Of a stretch of DNA of 64,000 bases, positions 1-9,957 are shown in pieces (within the stretch, counting starts at the first letter, position 1; every line of letters begins with the position of its first letter). The DNA comes from a virus. Lineage: Duplodnaviria; Caudoviricetes. The stretch is taken from the IMG/VR virus record IMGVR_UViG_3300031867_000024, positions 1-64,000 of that record, one strand, 5' to 3'. The position numbers and the translations under genes are program-made. The notes under the pieces are model-generated. The model was not told the origin of the DNA. It was given only the letters and a program-made list of their open reading frames with translations, and did no database searches.

Positions 1-199
1 GCTCGTCATTGAGGTATATCTTGCCAGTGATGCTGGTGTTCTCATACTTCAATGGATAGGCACGGCAGGCGTTCCTGCTCGTGTTCATCATGCTCCTTAG
101 CAGGCTGTAGGCGTCGCTTCTCCTTGACGCCTTGTCCTCCATCCTGTGCGACTTGTCAAACGTGTTATACACGATGACCTCGTAGTCTCTGCTTATCAT
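1..199 (-). CDS. hypothetical protein, partial (runs off window)
   Basis: Open frame MISRDYEVIVY... from ATG at 199 to the window edge, read manually. Confidence 0.5.
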   Translation of the reverse strand, partial: MISRDYEVIVYNTFDKSHRMEDKASRRSDAYSLLRSMMNTSRNACRAYPLKYENTSITGKIYLNDE

Positions 200-297
200 A
201 TATTTCCAGTGTTTCCGCCGTTTGTAACTCTCACTAAATCAGCCACCTCAAGATTTCTTGATACGGAAATCGCATCAATCATGTTCTTTGTTGTCAT

Positions 298-504
298 CTA
301 TTTATCGTACTCCTTTCTCAGTTTCTTTATCTCATATATCTCAGTCTTTCCGCTCATGAAATGCAGCTTGTCCATCATGAGCTTCATGTTGAACTCGCTG
401 CCACTTGTAACGAGCAGTCTCTGCCCGTTGTCACACTCATGCACTATGGCATGGGTGTGACACTTAGGCAGGCCTGTCACGGCACTCCTATTCAGCTTTG
501 TCAT
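298..504 (-). CDS. hypothetical protein
   Basis: 68-aa ORF coupled to the upstream gene in the minus-strand run. Confidence 0.5.
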   Translation of the reverse strand: MTKLNRSAVTGLPKCHTHAIVHECDNGQRLLVTSGSEFNMKLMMDKLHFMSGKTEIYEIKKLRKEYDK

Positions 505-844
505 TGCTCTTCGGGGTTTTCGGGATTAGGTTGCCAGCGAACATTTCTGGCACATATCTGCATCTTCCAGTGACTGGTGTAGGGTCGAGGTCTATCTCCT
601 CAAGTATCGCCCTCCTCTCCATTGCGTCGAGATAGCCCTGCATTTCAACCATCTGCTCGTTCATTACGTTAAGTATGGCACATTGCTTCTTGTCTAATGA
701 GCCGAGTGTCGTCTCCCTGATCTCATTCCTTACTATGTACTGCTTAAGATTCCACCACCTGTTGAGCAGCTGGTAGTACTCCGCCTTGAATCTCTCAGTC
801 CAGTCTGCCGAGAGCATCATGTCTACTGTGTCCTTCAGTTCCAT
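488..844 (-). CDS. crAss001_48-like phage protein
   Basis: MELKDTVDMMLSADWTERFKAEYYQL...M..Y...L.RRA..E.I pattern recalled for this family. Confidence 0.6.
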   Translation of the reverse strand: MELKDTVDMMLSADWTERFKAEYYQLLNRWWNLKQYIVRNEIRETTLGSLDKKQCAILNVMNEQMVEMQGYLDAMERRAILEEIDLDPTPVTGRCRYVPEMFAGNLIPKTPKSNDKAE

Positions 845-857
845 TTGTCTATTGATT

Positions 858-1070
858 TTATTGGTTATTGAATGTTATCTTGCTTGCCATCTCAGAGCAT
901 GCGAGGTTGGTGCTCTTCCAGTCCTGATAGTATGGGTCCTCCTTGAACTTTGCTATCGCCTCCTCCTCGCTGTCTGCGTCTATGATGTCGAGTATCTGAA
1001 GGTTCTCGACCTCCAGTCCGTTCGGGTCCTGCGTGTAGCCACCGTCCGAGATGATGATGTACTTTTTCAT
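858..1070 (-). CDS. small acidic protein (DpnD/PcfM-like motif)
   Basis: IIDADSEEEAIAKF motif. Confidence 0.5.
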   Translation of the reverse strand: MKKYIIISDGGYTQDPNGLEVENLQILDIIDADSEEEAIAKFKEDPYYQDWKSTNLACSEMASKITFNNQ

Positions 1071-1432
1071 TTCTTCCTCTCCTTTGTGTGGAGAGAGGCC
1101 TGAAAGCCCATCTCCCCGTTCTTTGAATAAAACTTTCCTATACCGAGATACTTGCAGTAGTATCCGTCCTCAGTCCACTTCTTCATGGAGTACAGGTACT
1201 TCATGATGATGTCGTCGACGACGCTCTTGATCTCCTCGTCTGTCATTGCGTTCCTCACACGTGCCCTCAGTGCCTTGTACACCTCGTCATGGATGGTTGT
1301 CTTGCTCACCTTCGGCTTCGTGCTCCTCGTGCGAGGCTTCCTGACATCGAGCTCCGTCCAGTACTTCCTGTACTCCTCGTCGAACTTCCTCTTCGCCTCA
1401 AGAAGCTCCTCGTCAGTCATCATGCTCATCAA
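1067..1432 (-). CDS. hypothetical protein
   Basis: 121-aa ORF, overlapping stop/start with neighbours. Confidence 0.6.
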   Translation of the reverse strand: MMSMMTDEELLEAKRKFDEEYRKYWTELDVRKPRTRSTKPKVSKTTIHDEVYKALRARVRNAMTDEEIKSVVDDIIMKYLYSMKKWTEDGYYCKYLGIGKFYSKNGEMGFQASLHTKERKK

Positions 1433-1715
1433 GAACCTCCCTCCTGCACATGTCTATGTAGCTCTCCTCTGCGACCCACCACGTGCAGGCCACAGTTACC
1501 TCCGTCTTCAGCACGTCGATAGGACTGTAGTTGTCGTTCTTCACGTCCTCCTCGAAGCGTCTTAGAAACTTCTTCAGATCGTCAGGGTTCTTCACCTTCC
1601 TGTAATACTCGTTGAGCTTGTCGAGCCAGTAGTCCTCATTGCTTATCACCTCGCTCATATCACAAGAAGTATAAGAAGTATCATGACACCTATCGCCAGC
1701 GACGTAGCTCCCCAT
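1413..1715 (-). CDS. hypothetical protein (start uncertain)
   Basis: ORF in the minus-strand run. Confidence 0.5.
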   Translation of the reverse strand: MGSYVAGDRCHDTSYTSCDMSEVISNEDYWLDKLNEYYRKVKNPDDLKKFLRRFEEDVKNDNYSPIDVLKTEVTVACTWWVAEESYIDMCRREVLDEHDD

Positions 1716-1830
1716 ACCACTGGTATGTACCTGTCGAACTCCTCGTCAGTCTCCGACGTCTGCATCTTGTATAGCGTCATCCCCACTGCCAGTATAGGGA
1801 ACGCTATCAGCGTGTATGCTATGTACTCTA

Positions 1831-2556
1831 TCATGCGTATGTCTTTATAAGCTGCTCGAAGTCCTTGTGCTTCATCTTCGTTATGATGCGCTCACCTTTT
1901 CGATTGAACAGCTGCACCTGCGGACGCAGCACAAGTCCCTCCGCTATCAGCTTTCTGTCCTCGCTTATCCTCGATATGAATCCGTCCCTTACAAGCTCCT
2001 CGGCCTGCTTCAGGTCATACGTACCGATATACGGGCATACGCATGTACACAGCTTGACTGCTATTGAGTCCCTGTCGTCGATTGAGAGCCACCATTTGCC
2101 GACTCTGACGTCGAAGATGATGAAATCCACGCTGTCGTGGAGATAGGCCCCTCCTGACTGTATCTTGACCCCGAAGCCCTCGCCGTAGATGGTGAACTCT
2201 GGAGGGGTATCGCCGCCCCACTTCTCAGTGGCCTCGCTGTTCGTGTAGCAGTCGTTGATGCCGAGAGCATCATATACGAGGTCGTCCGTGTACTTCTCCT
2301 TCAGGAACTTGAGAAGGTGTGCAGGTATCTGCGCCCTGTCCGTGCGTCCTTTGAACTCCTTGTGGGCCCTCCAGTAGCCTCCGTCACCATCCCACTGCCA
2401 TGTCACCTCTATGCGTATGTTCGTCCCGTCTATCTTCTCCTCACAGTGCCATAGGCTGTTGCGAAGGTAGAAGAACTCGTCGCACGAGTACTCGCACGGT
2501 ATTATACAGTTCCTCTCGTCCCTCTTGTAGAGGGTGTTTATCTTCTGATATTCCAT
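1831..2556 (-). CDS. ATP-dependent RNA ligase (Rnl2-like nucleotidyltransferase)
   Basis: Motifs EKIDGTN (I), YGEGFG (III), FIIFDV (IIIa), EGLVL (IV), ITKMK (V). Confidence 0.85.
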   Translation of the reverse strand: MEYQKINTLYKRDERNCIIPCEYSCDEFFYLRNSLWHCEEKIDGTNIRIEVTWQWDGDGGYWRAHKEFKGRTDRAQIPAHLLKFLKEKYTDDLVYDALGINDCYTNSEATEKWGGDTPPEFTIYGEGFGVKIQSGGAYLHDSVDFIIFDVRVGKWWLSIDDRDSIAVKLCTCVCPYIGTYDLKQAEELVRDGFISRISEDRKLIAEGLVLRPQVQLFNRKGERIITKMKHKDFEQLIKTYA

Positions 2557-2565
2557 TGCTTTCTA

Positions 2566-3036
2566 TTATTTTCCTGTTGATCCATAACCACCTTCTCCAC
2601 GCTCAGTCTCAGTGAGTTCACTCGTCACACGAAACTGCAGGTTCCTGCTCTGCTCGAAGAACATTATCTGACCTACCCTCTCGCCGACCTCGTACTTCGG
2701 GAGCGTCGGCACGACATGATAGAACACTGCTGAGATCTCCCCCCTGAAATCCTGATCTATCAAGCCAATCGAGTTCGACAGCACCATTCCACGCTTGTAT
2801 ATTGATGACCTTGGGAACAGCATGAAGGCAGGCGTGTAGAAGCTGCTCACGTACTTGTCTATCCCTGCCGTAGGATCGAGTGCTATGCCGAGCCCGTATC
2901 GGTAAATGTTCGGTCCCACCTCCTCGCATGATGTCGCAACCACGTCGTATGCCACGTCAGTCTCGTGTGCCTTTGTCGGAGTCTTCGCCTCTGGGTGGAG
3001 CAGCTTCATGTCCACCGTCATTTTCTCTTCAACCAT
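2566..3036 (-). CDS. dut: trimeric dUTPase
   Basis: AYDV, PRSS, GLIDQDFRGEI, GERVGQ, TERGEGGYGSTG motifs. Confidence 0.95.
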   Translation of the reverse strand: MVEEKMTVDMKLLHPEAKTPTKAHETDVAYDVVATSCEEVGPNIYRYGLGIALDPTAGIDKYVSSFYTPAFMLFPRSSIYKRGMVLSNSIGLIDQDFRGEISAVFYHVVPTLPKYEVGERVGQIMFFEQSRNLQFRVTSELTETERGEGGYGSTGK

Positions 3037-3089
3037 TTTCTGATGTTTTTGATTTGTACTTAAAATTACTACTTATTTTTCAGATTATC

Positions 3090-3131
3090 AAATAGTTGCC
3101 GAAATTTTTGAGAACATTTCGGCAACTATTT
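3090..3131. terminator. intrinsic terminator-like hairpin
   Basis: 16-bp inverted repeat AAATAGTTGCCGAAAT/ATTTCGGCAACTATTT. Confidence 0.65.
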
Positions 3132-3141
3132 TGAAACTTTT

Positions 3142-3312
3142 TCAATCAACGCATATCACTTCGTATCCGTCACACTCAACAAGGTCGTTTAGGCTCCTCT
3201 GGTCTACGTAGTCGGATGCCTTCTCGTATGCTTCATCCTTGCTCGTTGCCTCCACCTTCACCTCGACGTAGTAGTACATGAGCACCTTGTATGTCTTCGT
3301 CTCCTCTTCCAT
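3142..3312 (-). CDS. small acidic DpnD/PcfM-like protein (56 aa, not in ORF track)
   Basis: Manually translated MEEETKTYKVLMYYYVEVKVEATSKDEAYEKA... Confidence 0.65.
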   Translation of the reverse strand: MEEETKTYKVLMYYYVEVKVEATSKDEAYEKASDYVDQRSLNDLVECDGYEVICVD

Positions 3313-3314
3313 TG

Positions 3315-4175
3315 CTATTCTGCTTTATTGTTTGACAATCCTTCATAGAAGTCGAACTTTGAGACCTCCTTTGCCTTTTTAGCTATATACTGTGCATCAG
3401 GATGCGCATCGCTCGCAAGCCTCTTGTCAAAGAAGTTCTCCCAGTGTATGTCAAAACCGCACTGCACTAAGTGTGTGGCAATGTCAAGGTTTAGCACTCC
3501 ACGTGCATTTTCGGGTTTCAGACCGAGCCTCAGCAGCTCCAGATAGTCCTCCTCCGTCCTCTGATTGTGACGCATCCACATATACAGACGCATATCTTCA
3601 CTATCCTCAGCAGGACGATAGCTATCCTCAAAGTTCAATCCTACCGCCCATCTAGGGAGTATGAAATCAAGTCCCTTCTTCTTGTAGTTAACCCATCGAG
3701 TGCTTTCCATAAGTCCACTTAACGTGACGTGCGTCCTGAACTCGTCCGCTATGCCACGTGATATGTGCCAAAGGAACGTTGGTCGATAGACGTTAGGGTC
3801 GATGGTGGGCCTGTCCACCTCCAGATAATGCGTCAGCATGTGCTGCCACTTGTCTGGGAATCTCTCTATTAGGAGTCTTAGGTTCGTTATGATATGTCCG
3901 TTCCTCTCGATGACCCACGGGTTTGCAAAGCTGAGACGTCTCATGTCCATGCAGTCTGGATCGTCCCAGTTGATGCGCATAGTTACCGTACCGAACTCCA
4001 ATGGCCTTCCATGTTCTCGCTTCATGAGCACCTTCTTGACGAACTCCTCGCTCGTCATGTTGCCCTTGCTCTCACTGCGGTAGCATATACGGGCACACCT
4101 TTCGATGTGCCTGTATAGACCTTCCACGCCTGGCTCCTGACGCCAGACCTCCACTGTTGGTTGAATGATGTTCAT
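3315..4175 (-). CDS. thyX: FAD-dependent thymidylate synthase
   Basis: ARICY, H.RPLEF, SRGIADEFRTH...ESTRWVNY, PENARGVL, RLASDAHPD. Confidence 0.9.
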   Translation of the reverse strand: MNIIQPTVEVWRQEPGVEGLYRHIERCARICYRSESKGNMTSEEFVKKVLMKREHGRPLEFGTVTMRINWDDPDCMDMRRLSFANPWVIERNGHIITNLRLLIERFPDKWQHMLTHYLEVDRPTIDPNVYRPTFLWHISRGIADEFRTHVTLSGLMESTRWVNYKKKGLDFILPRWAVGLNFEDSYRPAEDSEDMRLYMWMRHNQRTEEDYLELLRLGLKPENARGVLNLDIATHLVQCGFDIHWENFFDKRLASDAHPDAQYIAKKAKEVSKFDFYEGLSNNKAE

Positions 4176-4387
4176 TGCTTCTCTTGTTTAGTTGATTCCT
4201 CTATATACATTTCCTCTATGTCGTCCACGTTGACGTAATCTGCAAGCTCCTTAGCTACTCCTTCAAGTGCGTCAAAGGCGCATGCTCTGATGTGGTCGTC
4301 GTCTATCGGTAGGCACTCAAACTCAGTCTCCATTGATACTCTGATAAGCACCTCACCAGAGACCTTAAACCGTCTCATCTCTTCCAT
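4172..4387 (-). CDS. small acidic hypothetical protein
   Basis: ORF coupled to thyX. Confidence 0.55.
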   Translation of the reverse strand: MEEMRRFKVSGEVLIRVSMETEFECLPIDDDHIRACAFDALEGVAKELADYVNVDDIEEMYIEESTKQEKQ

Positions 4388-4616
4388 CGTACTTTTGTAT
4401 TAAATCGTAAATTCTGTCATTCACATTGCTTGTGTAAAGGATTGTTCTAAGCTCAAGCAAGAACTGCTTATCAGCCCACTCTGCTCCTGCAATGAATGAG
4501 GGGTTTACATTTGCAGACTCTATCATGTCTGTAAATGCGTCACCTCCAATTGCCATTGGCATCTTGGACATCTGATAGTCTATTGATGCCTTTCTGATTT
4601 CTTCTTTTCTTGTCAT
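4365..4616 (-). CDS. hypothetical phage protein
   Basis: FIAGAEWADK motif common in Bacteroidota phage ORFs. Confidence 0.6.
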   Translation of the reverse strand: MTRKEEIRKASIDYQMSKMPMAIGGDAFTDMIESANVNPSFIAGAEWADKQFLLELRTILYTSNVNDRIYDLIQKYDGRDETV

Positions 4617-5005
4617 AGTTCTATTTCTTTGTTAATACGCATTAGTCTCAGGACATGCTGTAGTTCGTGAACGTAACGAATAGTGAAGGGAGTGTTGTTC
4701 GTGTCCTCGTCATCATAGTCTGAGACTGCCAAGATGCGAAAGACTTCACCTTGCTTTCTCAGCAGAAGGCTTCCCACCCACGTCTCCGAGAAGAATTTGG
4801 CATCGGCTACGTGCCATTTCCACCCATTCTTCAGCAGGATGTCGGGAGTGAGAGGAATAGGCTTTAATTCAAAGTCACTAAACAAACCAACCGCAGTGCC
4901 ACCTCCACTACATGTGACACCTCCATCGCTGGAATTGTCATATACCTTTCTTGTACCGAGTGGCGTAAGCACCCAGTCTCCAAGCATCAAATCTGTTGCT
5001 CTCAT
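4613..5005 (-). CDS. hypothetical protein, paralog of 5002-5415
   Basis: MRATDLMLGDWV...PIPLTPDILLKNGW...YVHELQH. Confidence 0.7.
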   Translation of the reverse strand: MRATDLMLGDWVLTPLGTRKVYDNSSDGGVTCSGGGTAVGLFSDFELKPIPLTPDILLKNGWKWHVADAKFFSETWVGSLLLRKQGEVFRILAVSDYDDEDTNNTPFTIRYVHELQHVLRLMRINKEIEL

Positions 5006-5415
5006 AATACCAAGTCAATATCAATGTTATGTAACCAAAGGAAGTTCTGCAATTCGTGAACGTATATCTCCTCGCCATACACCTTGCAGAACGTCGAAAT
5101 GGTTCCGCTGTCCGTTCCGTCAGGCGTAATCTCCTCGTAGCTTATGTTGATAAAGAACGGGTCGTATAACGCTACTTCTACGACAATCGTGCCATCGACA
5201 TACAAGGAGTACACCCCCTCGGGGCATTTATACCCCATCTCAAAGCCGTTAGCCTCCAACAACTCGGGAGTGATACGGATAGGCTCAACCACCTCGATAT
5301 TGGAGTGTTCATTTGCCGTGGTCTCTATTACACCACCGCACGTGATTCCTGTTACTTGTGCAGGTTGAGTTCCGTCGATAACCCAATCTCCAATCATCAG
5401 CTCATTTGCTTTCAT
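5002..5415 (-). CDS. hypothetical protein, paralog of 4613-5005
   Basis: MKANELMIGDWV...PIRITPELLEANGF...YVHELQN. Confidence 0.7.
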   Translation of the reverse strand: MKANELMIGDWVIDGTQPAQVTGITCGGVIETTANEHSNIEVVEPIRITPELLEANGFEMGYKCPEGVYSLYVDGTIVVEVALYDPFFINISYEEITPDGTDSGTISTFCKVYGEEIYVHELQNFLWLHNIDIDLVL

Positions 5416-5418
5416 AGT

Positions 5419-6048
5419 TCAGTCAATCATTAGATAGTCTTTCACCAACTGTTCATTCTTTGCAAGGAAAAGAGCTCTCTGCTCGTTAGTGTGGAAAGCG
5501 AGGAAGTGATATGTAAGTGTCGCTGAATTGAAGATTGTCCTTCCGTTGTAGCGCATTATAATGCACTTAGCAAGTTCGGGTCTCTCCCATTCCTCATCCG
5601 TCACGACTCCTCCATATCTCTCGTCGTGTGCCATGAGCTGACTAATTCTCGCCATGGCAAGTGCGGACTTCGCTTGTTTTTCGGTGGCAAATGCTCTAAA
5701 ATTAAAGCAATTATTGAGGCGAAACGTGCCATCGTTGATGAATGAGTAGTCGTCAATAACCCATCCTTCGCCTTTCGCCTCCTTGTCATCTGCCCACCTC
5801 TCAGGCTCTTCGACTTCCTCGACGATTACAAGGTCACAATAGCTCTGCTCTCCCGTGTAATAGTGTCCATAAGTGTCGAATGTGTGCACATGCTCTTCGT
5901 CATTCTTGAACGTTACAACTGCAACAATGGGCTGGTCGTTATTGAGGTCTGTGCAAAGTATCCGCACTTTATTTTCATCTCTCGTCTCTACCTTTGCGCC
6001 GTTCTTCCATGCTTCAAGGCTGAAAGGTTTTTGTATCTTCTTTTTCAT
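5419..6048 (-). CDS. hypothetical protein, 209-aa paralog family copy 1
   Basis: KPFSLEAWKNGAKVETRD...AKSALAMARISQLM...LVKDYLMID. Confidence 0.75.
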   Translation of the reverse strand: MKKKIQKPFSLEAWKNGAKVETRDENKVRILCTDLNNDQPIVAVVTFKNDEEHVHTFDTYGHYYTGEQSYCDLVIVEEVEEPERWADDKEAKGEGWVIDDYSFINDGTFRLNNCFNFRAFATEKQAKSALAMARISQLMAHDERYGGVVTDEEWERPELAKCIIMRYNGRTIFNSATLTYHFLAFHTNEQRALFLAKNEQLVKDYLMID

Positions 6049-6238
6049 TTCTGTTCCTCCTTATTCTTTATGTTTAACGCATCCTTCAATAGCCTGCTTA
6101 TCATGTTATTTCCTTTGTTAATTTGTTAATACGCCCCCAAAAAGCCGCTTTAGATGCGCAAATACTCCGATAATTGCTTTTGTTCATTTGTTAATACATT
6201 CCTTTTTGTGCTTCCTACGATGCACCCAACGTTTCCTC

Positions 6239-6868
6239 TCAGTCAATCATTAGATAATCCTTCACAAGCCGCTCGTTCTCTTCGAGGAAAAGGTTGCGTT
6301 GATCGACAGTGTGAAATGCCAGAAAGAAATAAGTAGCTGCGAAATGATTACATTCCACATCATTTTCATTTCTATAAATCACATATTTCCAATCAGACGA
6401 TTCCCATTCTTCATACGTTACAGCGCCTCCGTACCTCTCGTCATGTGCCATAAGCTGAGAGATACGTGCCATAGCGAGTGCAGATTTTGCTTGCTTCTCC
6501 GTGGCAAAGACATTGCGATTACATTTACTGTTGAGCGGGAGCGCGTCATGTTGGAGGTCGGAGTTCTCATCAATGTACCACCCTTCACCCTCTGCATCCT
6601 TGTCCTCTGCCCACCTATCAGGCTCTTCCACTTCCTCAACGATTACGAGGTCGCGGTTATCTTCCTTCCCGATATAGAAGTGTCCGTCAGCGTCATACTC
6701 CGTTACTGCTTCTTCACCATCCTCGCACATGATAGCCACTACAATGGAATAACAGCTCTTAATGTCTGTGCAGAGTATTCGCACGGAACGCCCGTCCCTT
6801 GTCTCTACCTTTGCGCCGTTCTTCCACGCTTCAACGGAGAACGGCTTCTGAATTTTCTTAGTTTTCAT
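6239..6868 (-). CDS. hypothetical protein, 209-aa paralog family copy 2
   Basis: Collinear with 5419-6048. Confidence 0.75.
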   Translation of the reverse strand: MKTKKIQKPFSVEAWKNGAKVETRDGRSVRILCTDIKSCYSIVVAIMCEDGEEAVTEYDADGHFYIGKEDNRDLVIVEEVEEPDRWAEDKDAEGEGWYIDENSDLQHDALPLNSKCNRNVFATEKQAKSALAMARISQLMAHDERYGGAVTYEEWESSDWKYVIYRNENDVECNHFAATYFFLAFHTVDQRNLFLEENERLVKDYLMID

Positions 6869-7095
6869 TGTCTTACCTCCTTTCTTCTTTGTTCACAATA
6901 CTTGCAGTTGCCCTTGTGAGCTATGCCAAATCTATGACCATCTACACTGACAACTACATACTCGCAACTATCAAACTCTAATACTTTTGGTGATCCATAA
7001 TGAAATTCTAACTGCCTTAATTCCTCCTTAGTTATTGGAGTACACCCTGCGAAGAGTAGTACCGATAGTGCGAGAATGCTTAATGTTAACTTCAT
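6865..7095 (-). CDS. small lipoprotein
   Basis: MKLTLSILALSVLLFAGC signal peptide with lipobox; start moved to ATG 7095. Confidence 0.65.
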   Translation of the reverse strand: MKLTLSILALSVLLFAGCTPITKEELRQLEFHYGSPKVLEFDSCEYVVVSVDGHRFGIAHKGNCKYCEQRRKEVRQ

Positions 7096-7267
7096 TTCTG
7101 TTCCTCCTTTCTTCTGTATTCGAACATCATACACTCGTCCTCACCATTGTGGTAGATGCTCTTGACCTCCGCAAACTGCTCGTCCGTGAGATACATCAAC
7201 ACATCGTCCGTCATATTATCGTATGCTTCAAGCAAAGCGTTGAACGCCTGTGTTGCTTCTTCGTTTG

Positions 7268-7534
7268 TCATTTTATCTCCTCCTTTTCTTCTTTGTTAAG
7301 ATCATCCAACTTATCCTTGCAGCACTTGGCAAGTCCTGTTATAGCTTCATGCAGAAGGTCTAATGTTACAAGTGTCTCCAATAGAGATTGCTTGGTAGGG
7401 TTGTAAAGGTCATTCATCATCTTCTCAACATGTTCCTTCTCTTTCTCATTAGCGATTGGCAGTAGTATTCTCTTAATGCTGTCTACTACACTCTTCCATA
7501 GAATCAGTTCATATTCATCCATTTTGTTACACAT
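7268..7534 (-). CDS. hypothetical protein
   Basis: 88-aa ORF. Confidence 0.5.
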   Translation of the reverse strand: MCNKMDEYELILWKSVVDSIKRILLPIANEKEKEHVEKMMNDLYNPTKQSLLETLVTLDLLHEAITGLAKCCKDKLDDLNKEEKEEIK

Positions 7535-7541
7535 GTTTTAG

Positions 7542-7579
7542 GAATATGTACCCGAAAACGCTGTTTCGGGTACATATTC
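7542..7579. terminator. hairpin (terminator or processing site)
   Basis: GAATATGTACCCGAAA/TTTCGGGTACATATTC inverted repeat. Confidence 0.55.
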
Positions 7580-7590
7580 GTGGTTAGTTA

Positions 7591-8223
7591 CTATCTGTAA
7601 AACTCTGGTGCCTCGTTGGTAGTACCGACTAAGTGCTTAGTCTCATCGTTGTAGGGAATGCACTCACAATAAGCATCCTCCACGCATGAGTACTTGTACT
7701 CACCACTCTCATCATCACATCTTTCCTCCTTTGGGCGAATGTGTGAGAAAAAGTTAGCCTTCCAATAGTCAGCATCTGTATCTCTCACAAGGACTCTGTC
7801 GAAAGGTCGTAGCATTGTATGATCGAACATGTCAGAAGTAGTCAACTCTTTAAGGAATACACATTTTGTCCATCCATATACTACATTCACGACTCTAGCC
7901 TCATCTTCGTCTATTTTCATAATAATATACTGTTCTCCATCATACAACACATGGTCTCCCACCTTCACCTCGACATCCTCCTTGAGACGTACATACTCGT
8001 TCCAGTCTCTGCACTCCTTTGACGGAAAGAGTAGACATTCACCTTCGTCTTCTAATTTACCAAATTCGTCAAAGTACACATCTGACTTACATTTGCCATT
8101 ATAGTACATTACTATCTCGTTATTATCCTGTACGAAACAGAACTCGAGATCTCCACATGATACTGAATAGAAGATGTCGCCTTTCTTAGCGTACTTCTTT
8201 AAAATCTCTGCTATATTCATCAT
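7591..8223 (-). CDS. hypothetical protein, paralog of 15036-15659
   Basis: ILKKYAKKGD..Y, PFDRVLVRD, CIPYNDETKHLVG motifs shared. Confidence 0.75.
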   Translation of the reverse strand: MMNIAEILKKYAKKGDIFYSVSCGDLEFCFVQDNNEIVMYYNGKCKSDVYFDEFGKLEDEGECLLFPSKECRDWNEYVRLKEDVEVKVGDHVLYDGEQYIIMKIDEDEARVVNVVYGWTKCVFLKELTTSDMFDHTMLRPFDRVLVRDTDADYWKANFFSHIRPKEERCDDESGEYKYSCVEDAYCECIPYNDETKHLVGTTNEAPEFYR

Positions 8224-8241
8224 TGTATTATAAGTTTAAAG

Positions 8242-8490
8242 TTAATCTACCAGTGCAAGTAACTCCTCGTCTGTCATATTCCAGAGGTTGTCGAGGCTCG
8301 TATAGAAGTAGAACAGATCGTCCACGTATTGATACTCTGGGTTAATGTCACCATTCTCATCCTTGATAGCATCTTCAAGCCTGTCCTCTGCAAATCGGAG
8401 AATTGAGTGATACTCTTTAAATCTCTGATCGACCTCCCTATACATGTAGGTCATTCCTTTGAACTTGTATTCTTTTAGTCCGTATGGCAT
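8242..8490 (-). CDS. hypothetical protein
   Basis: 82-aa acidic ORF. Confidence 0.55.
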   Translation of the reverse strand: MPYGLKEYKFKGMTYMYREVDQRFKEYHSILRFAEDRLEDAIKDENGDINPEYQYVDDLFYFYTSLDNLWNMTDEELLALVD

Positions 8491-8537
8491 GATTTATTGA
8501 AATTGTGGGCAGGGACTGCTCCCTGCCCTTGTTAATA

Positions 8538-8873
8538 CTAGACATTCCTTCCATTGTCCTTCAGGTAGGCAAAGGCCTCAACCCATCCAGACACGTTTAT
8601 CACCTCGTTGATAGACAGCGTTGCGAAACTGAACTCATAACCGTCATCATCCACGAACATCAGGTTGTCGTAGTTGTCTACTGTGAGCTTTCTGACGAGT
8701 GCCACATTGCCGTCGATCATCTCAACGTTGAATGACAGAGTCTCGAATTGCCAGATGTCGACACCACCATTCGCTCCTACATCATTATGATGCTCCTTGA
8801 TCATGTTCTTGATGTAGTTCTCTGCCTCGCTCCTTACTATATCGAGCTCCTTCTTATATTCGTAACACCTCAT
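8538..8873 (-). CDS. hypothetical protein
   Basis: 111-aa ORF. Confidence 0.6.
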   Translation of the reverse strand: MRCYEYKKELDIVRSEAENYIKNMIKEHHNDVGANGGVDIWQFETLSFNVEMIDGNVALVRKLTVDNYDNLMFVDDDGYEFSFATLSINEVINVSGWVEAFAYLKDNGRNV

Positions 8874-8884
8874 TGCCTTCTCTG

Positions 8885-9259
8885 TTAGATGTTGAAAATT
8901 GAGTACTCTTTAAGCTTCTCAATGATAGTCTCAAGACGAGACAGAGCTCTTATCAGCTCATACAGGTCAAGGCTTTCTGCAATCAGTCTGTAATTTGACG
9001 TGTTGTCCTGAAATACTATCTCATTCTTACCTTCCTTTGACGGATTATAGAAGATGTCACTAATGCAGTATGCCTTACTCTTCATCTCATCATCATCTAT
9101 TGATGTGCCAATGACTTTGAATGTGAGCCAGTTGAGACTCAGCTCATAATCATGACTATACGAATCCTCCTTTCCATACTCCTTGACGATCTCTATTATC
9201 GTTCGCTCTGCATCGACCCTTATCTCCTTAAGGTCTTTCATCAATTCCTCACCTTTCAT
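8885..9259 (-). CDS. hypothetical protein
   Basis: 124-aa ORF. Confidence 0.6.
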   Translation of the reverse strand: MKGEELMKDLKEIRVDAERTIIEIVKEYGKEDSYSHDYELSLNWLTFKVIGTSIDDDEMKSKAYCISDIFYNPSKEGKNEIVFQDNTSNYRLIAESLDLYELIRALSRLETIIEKLKEYSIFNI

Positions 9260-9450
9260 TTGCTAATAGTTTTGAATTTGTTGTCAATACATTCTATCTC
9301 AGCCTCGTCGAACCTCACATAGCTAGGCAGGCCGTTGTCATTCTCCACTGCCTCTCTCGCCTTGCGTATGGCAGTCTCCTCGTCCTTCTCACACACGCCA
9401 ATGTCTATCTTGTAGACAAGTGTGATGTCGTAATGATGATACCCTTCCAT
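9256..9450 (-). CDS. small acidic DpnD/PcfM-like protein
   Basis: YDITL...IGVCEKDEETAIRKA; start at MEGY. Confidence 0.5.
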   Translation of the reverse strand: MEGYHHYDITLVYKIDIGVCEKDEETAIRKAREAVENDNGLPSYVRFDEAEIECIDNKFKTISK

Positions 9451-9451
9451 G

Positions 9452-9643
9452 CTACTCGTCCTCCAATAGCTGTGCAAGCTCCTCGTCCGTTATGGACTCA
9501 CATTCTGCGCTCTCGAACGTAGCTATGTCATCAAGGTTGTTACAATCAATTATTGTGTTAATCTTGTCTCTCGCCTCGTCCTTGCTCTCAGCCTCTATAA
9601 CCTTACTTACCACATAGCGATATGTGCATAGATACTTGCTCAT
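9452..9643 (-). CDS. small acidic DpnD/PcfM-like protein
   Basis: VIEAESKDEARDKI. Confidence 0.55.
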   Translation of the reverse strand: MSKYLCTYRYVVSKVIEAESKDEARDKINTIIDCNNLDDIATFESAECESITDEELAQLLEDE

Positions 9644-9645
9644 GG

Positions 9646-9957
9646 CTAGTCCTCCCCATTTCTTTCAACGTAGTCAAGAGCCTCCTCGACATACATCATC
9701 CACTCCGACTGCTCAAGGTTCGTTGCGTCATACAGATGATGACCGTCCTCATACACTCTTACGGACAGCCCCTCTGCCTCATGTGCTATGAAGGTGATGT
9801 TTCCGATGTGGAACTGCATCCTGAACAGCTCCTCGCCTCCGTCGTTAAGCTCGTCGAGCTTTCCCTTGATGACCCTAATCACCTCGTCTCTGTCTATTCC
9901 GTAGAAGTCGACAGTCTTTGACTTCAATTCCTCAATTTCTAATTTCATGTTATGCAA
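9646..9957 (-). CDS. hypothetical protein
   Basis: 103-aa acidic ORF. Confidence 0.55.
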   Translation of the reverse strand: MHNMKLEIEELKSKTVDFYGIDRDEVIRVIKGKLDELNDGGEELFRMQFHIGNITFIAHEAEGLSVRVYEDGHHLYDATNLEQSEWMMYVEEALDYVERNGED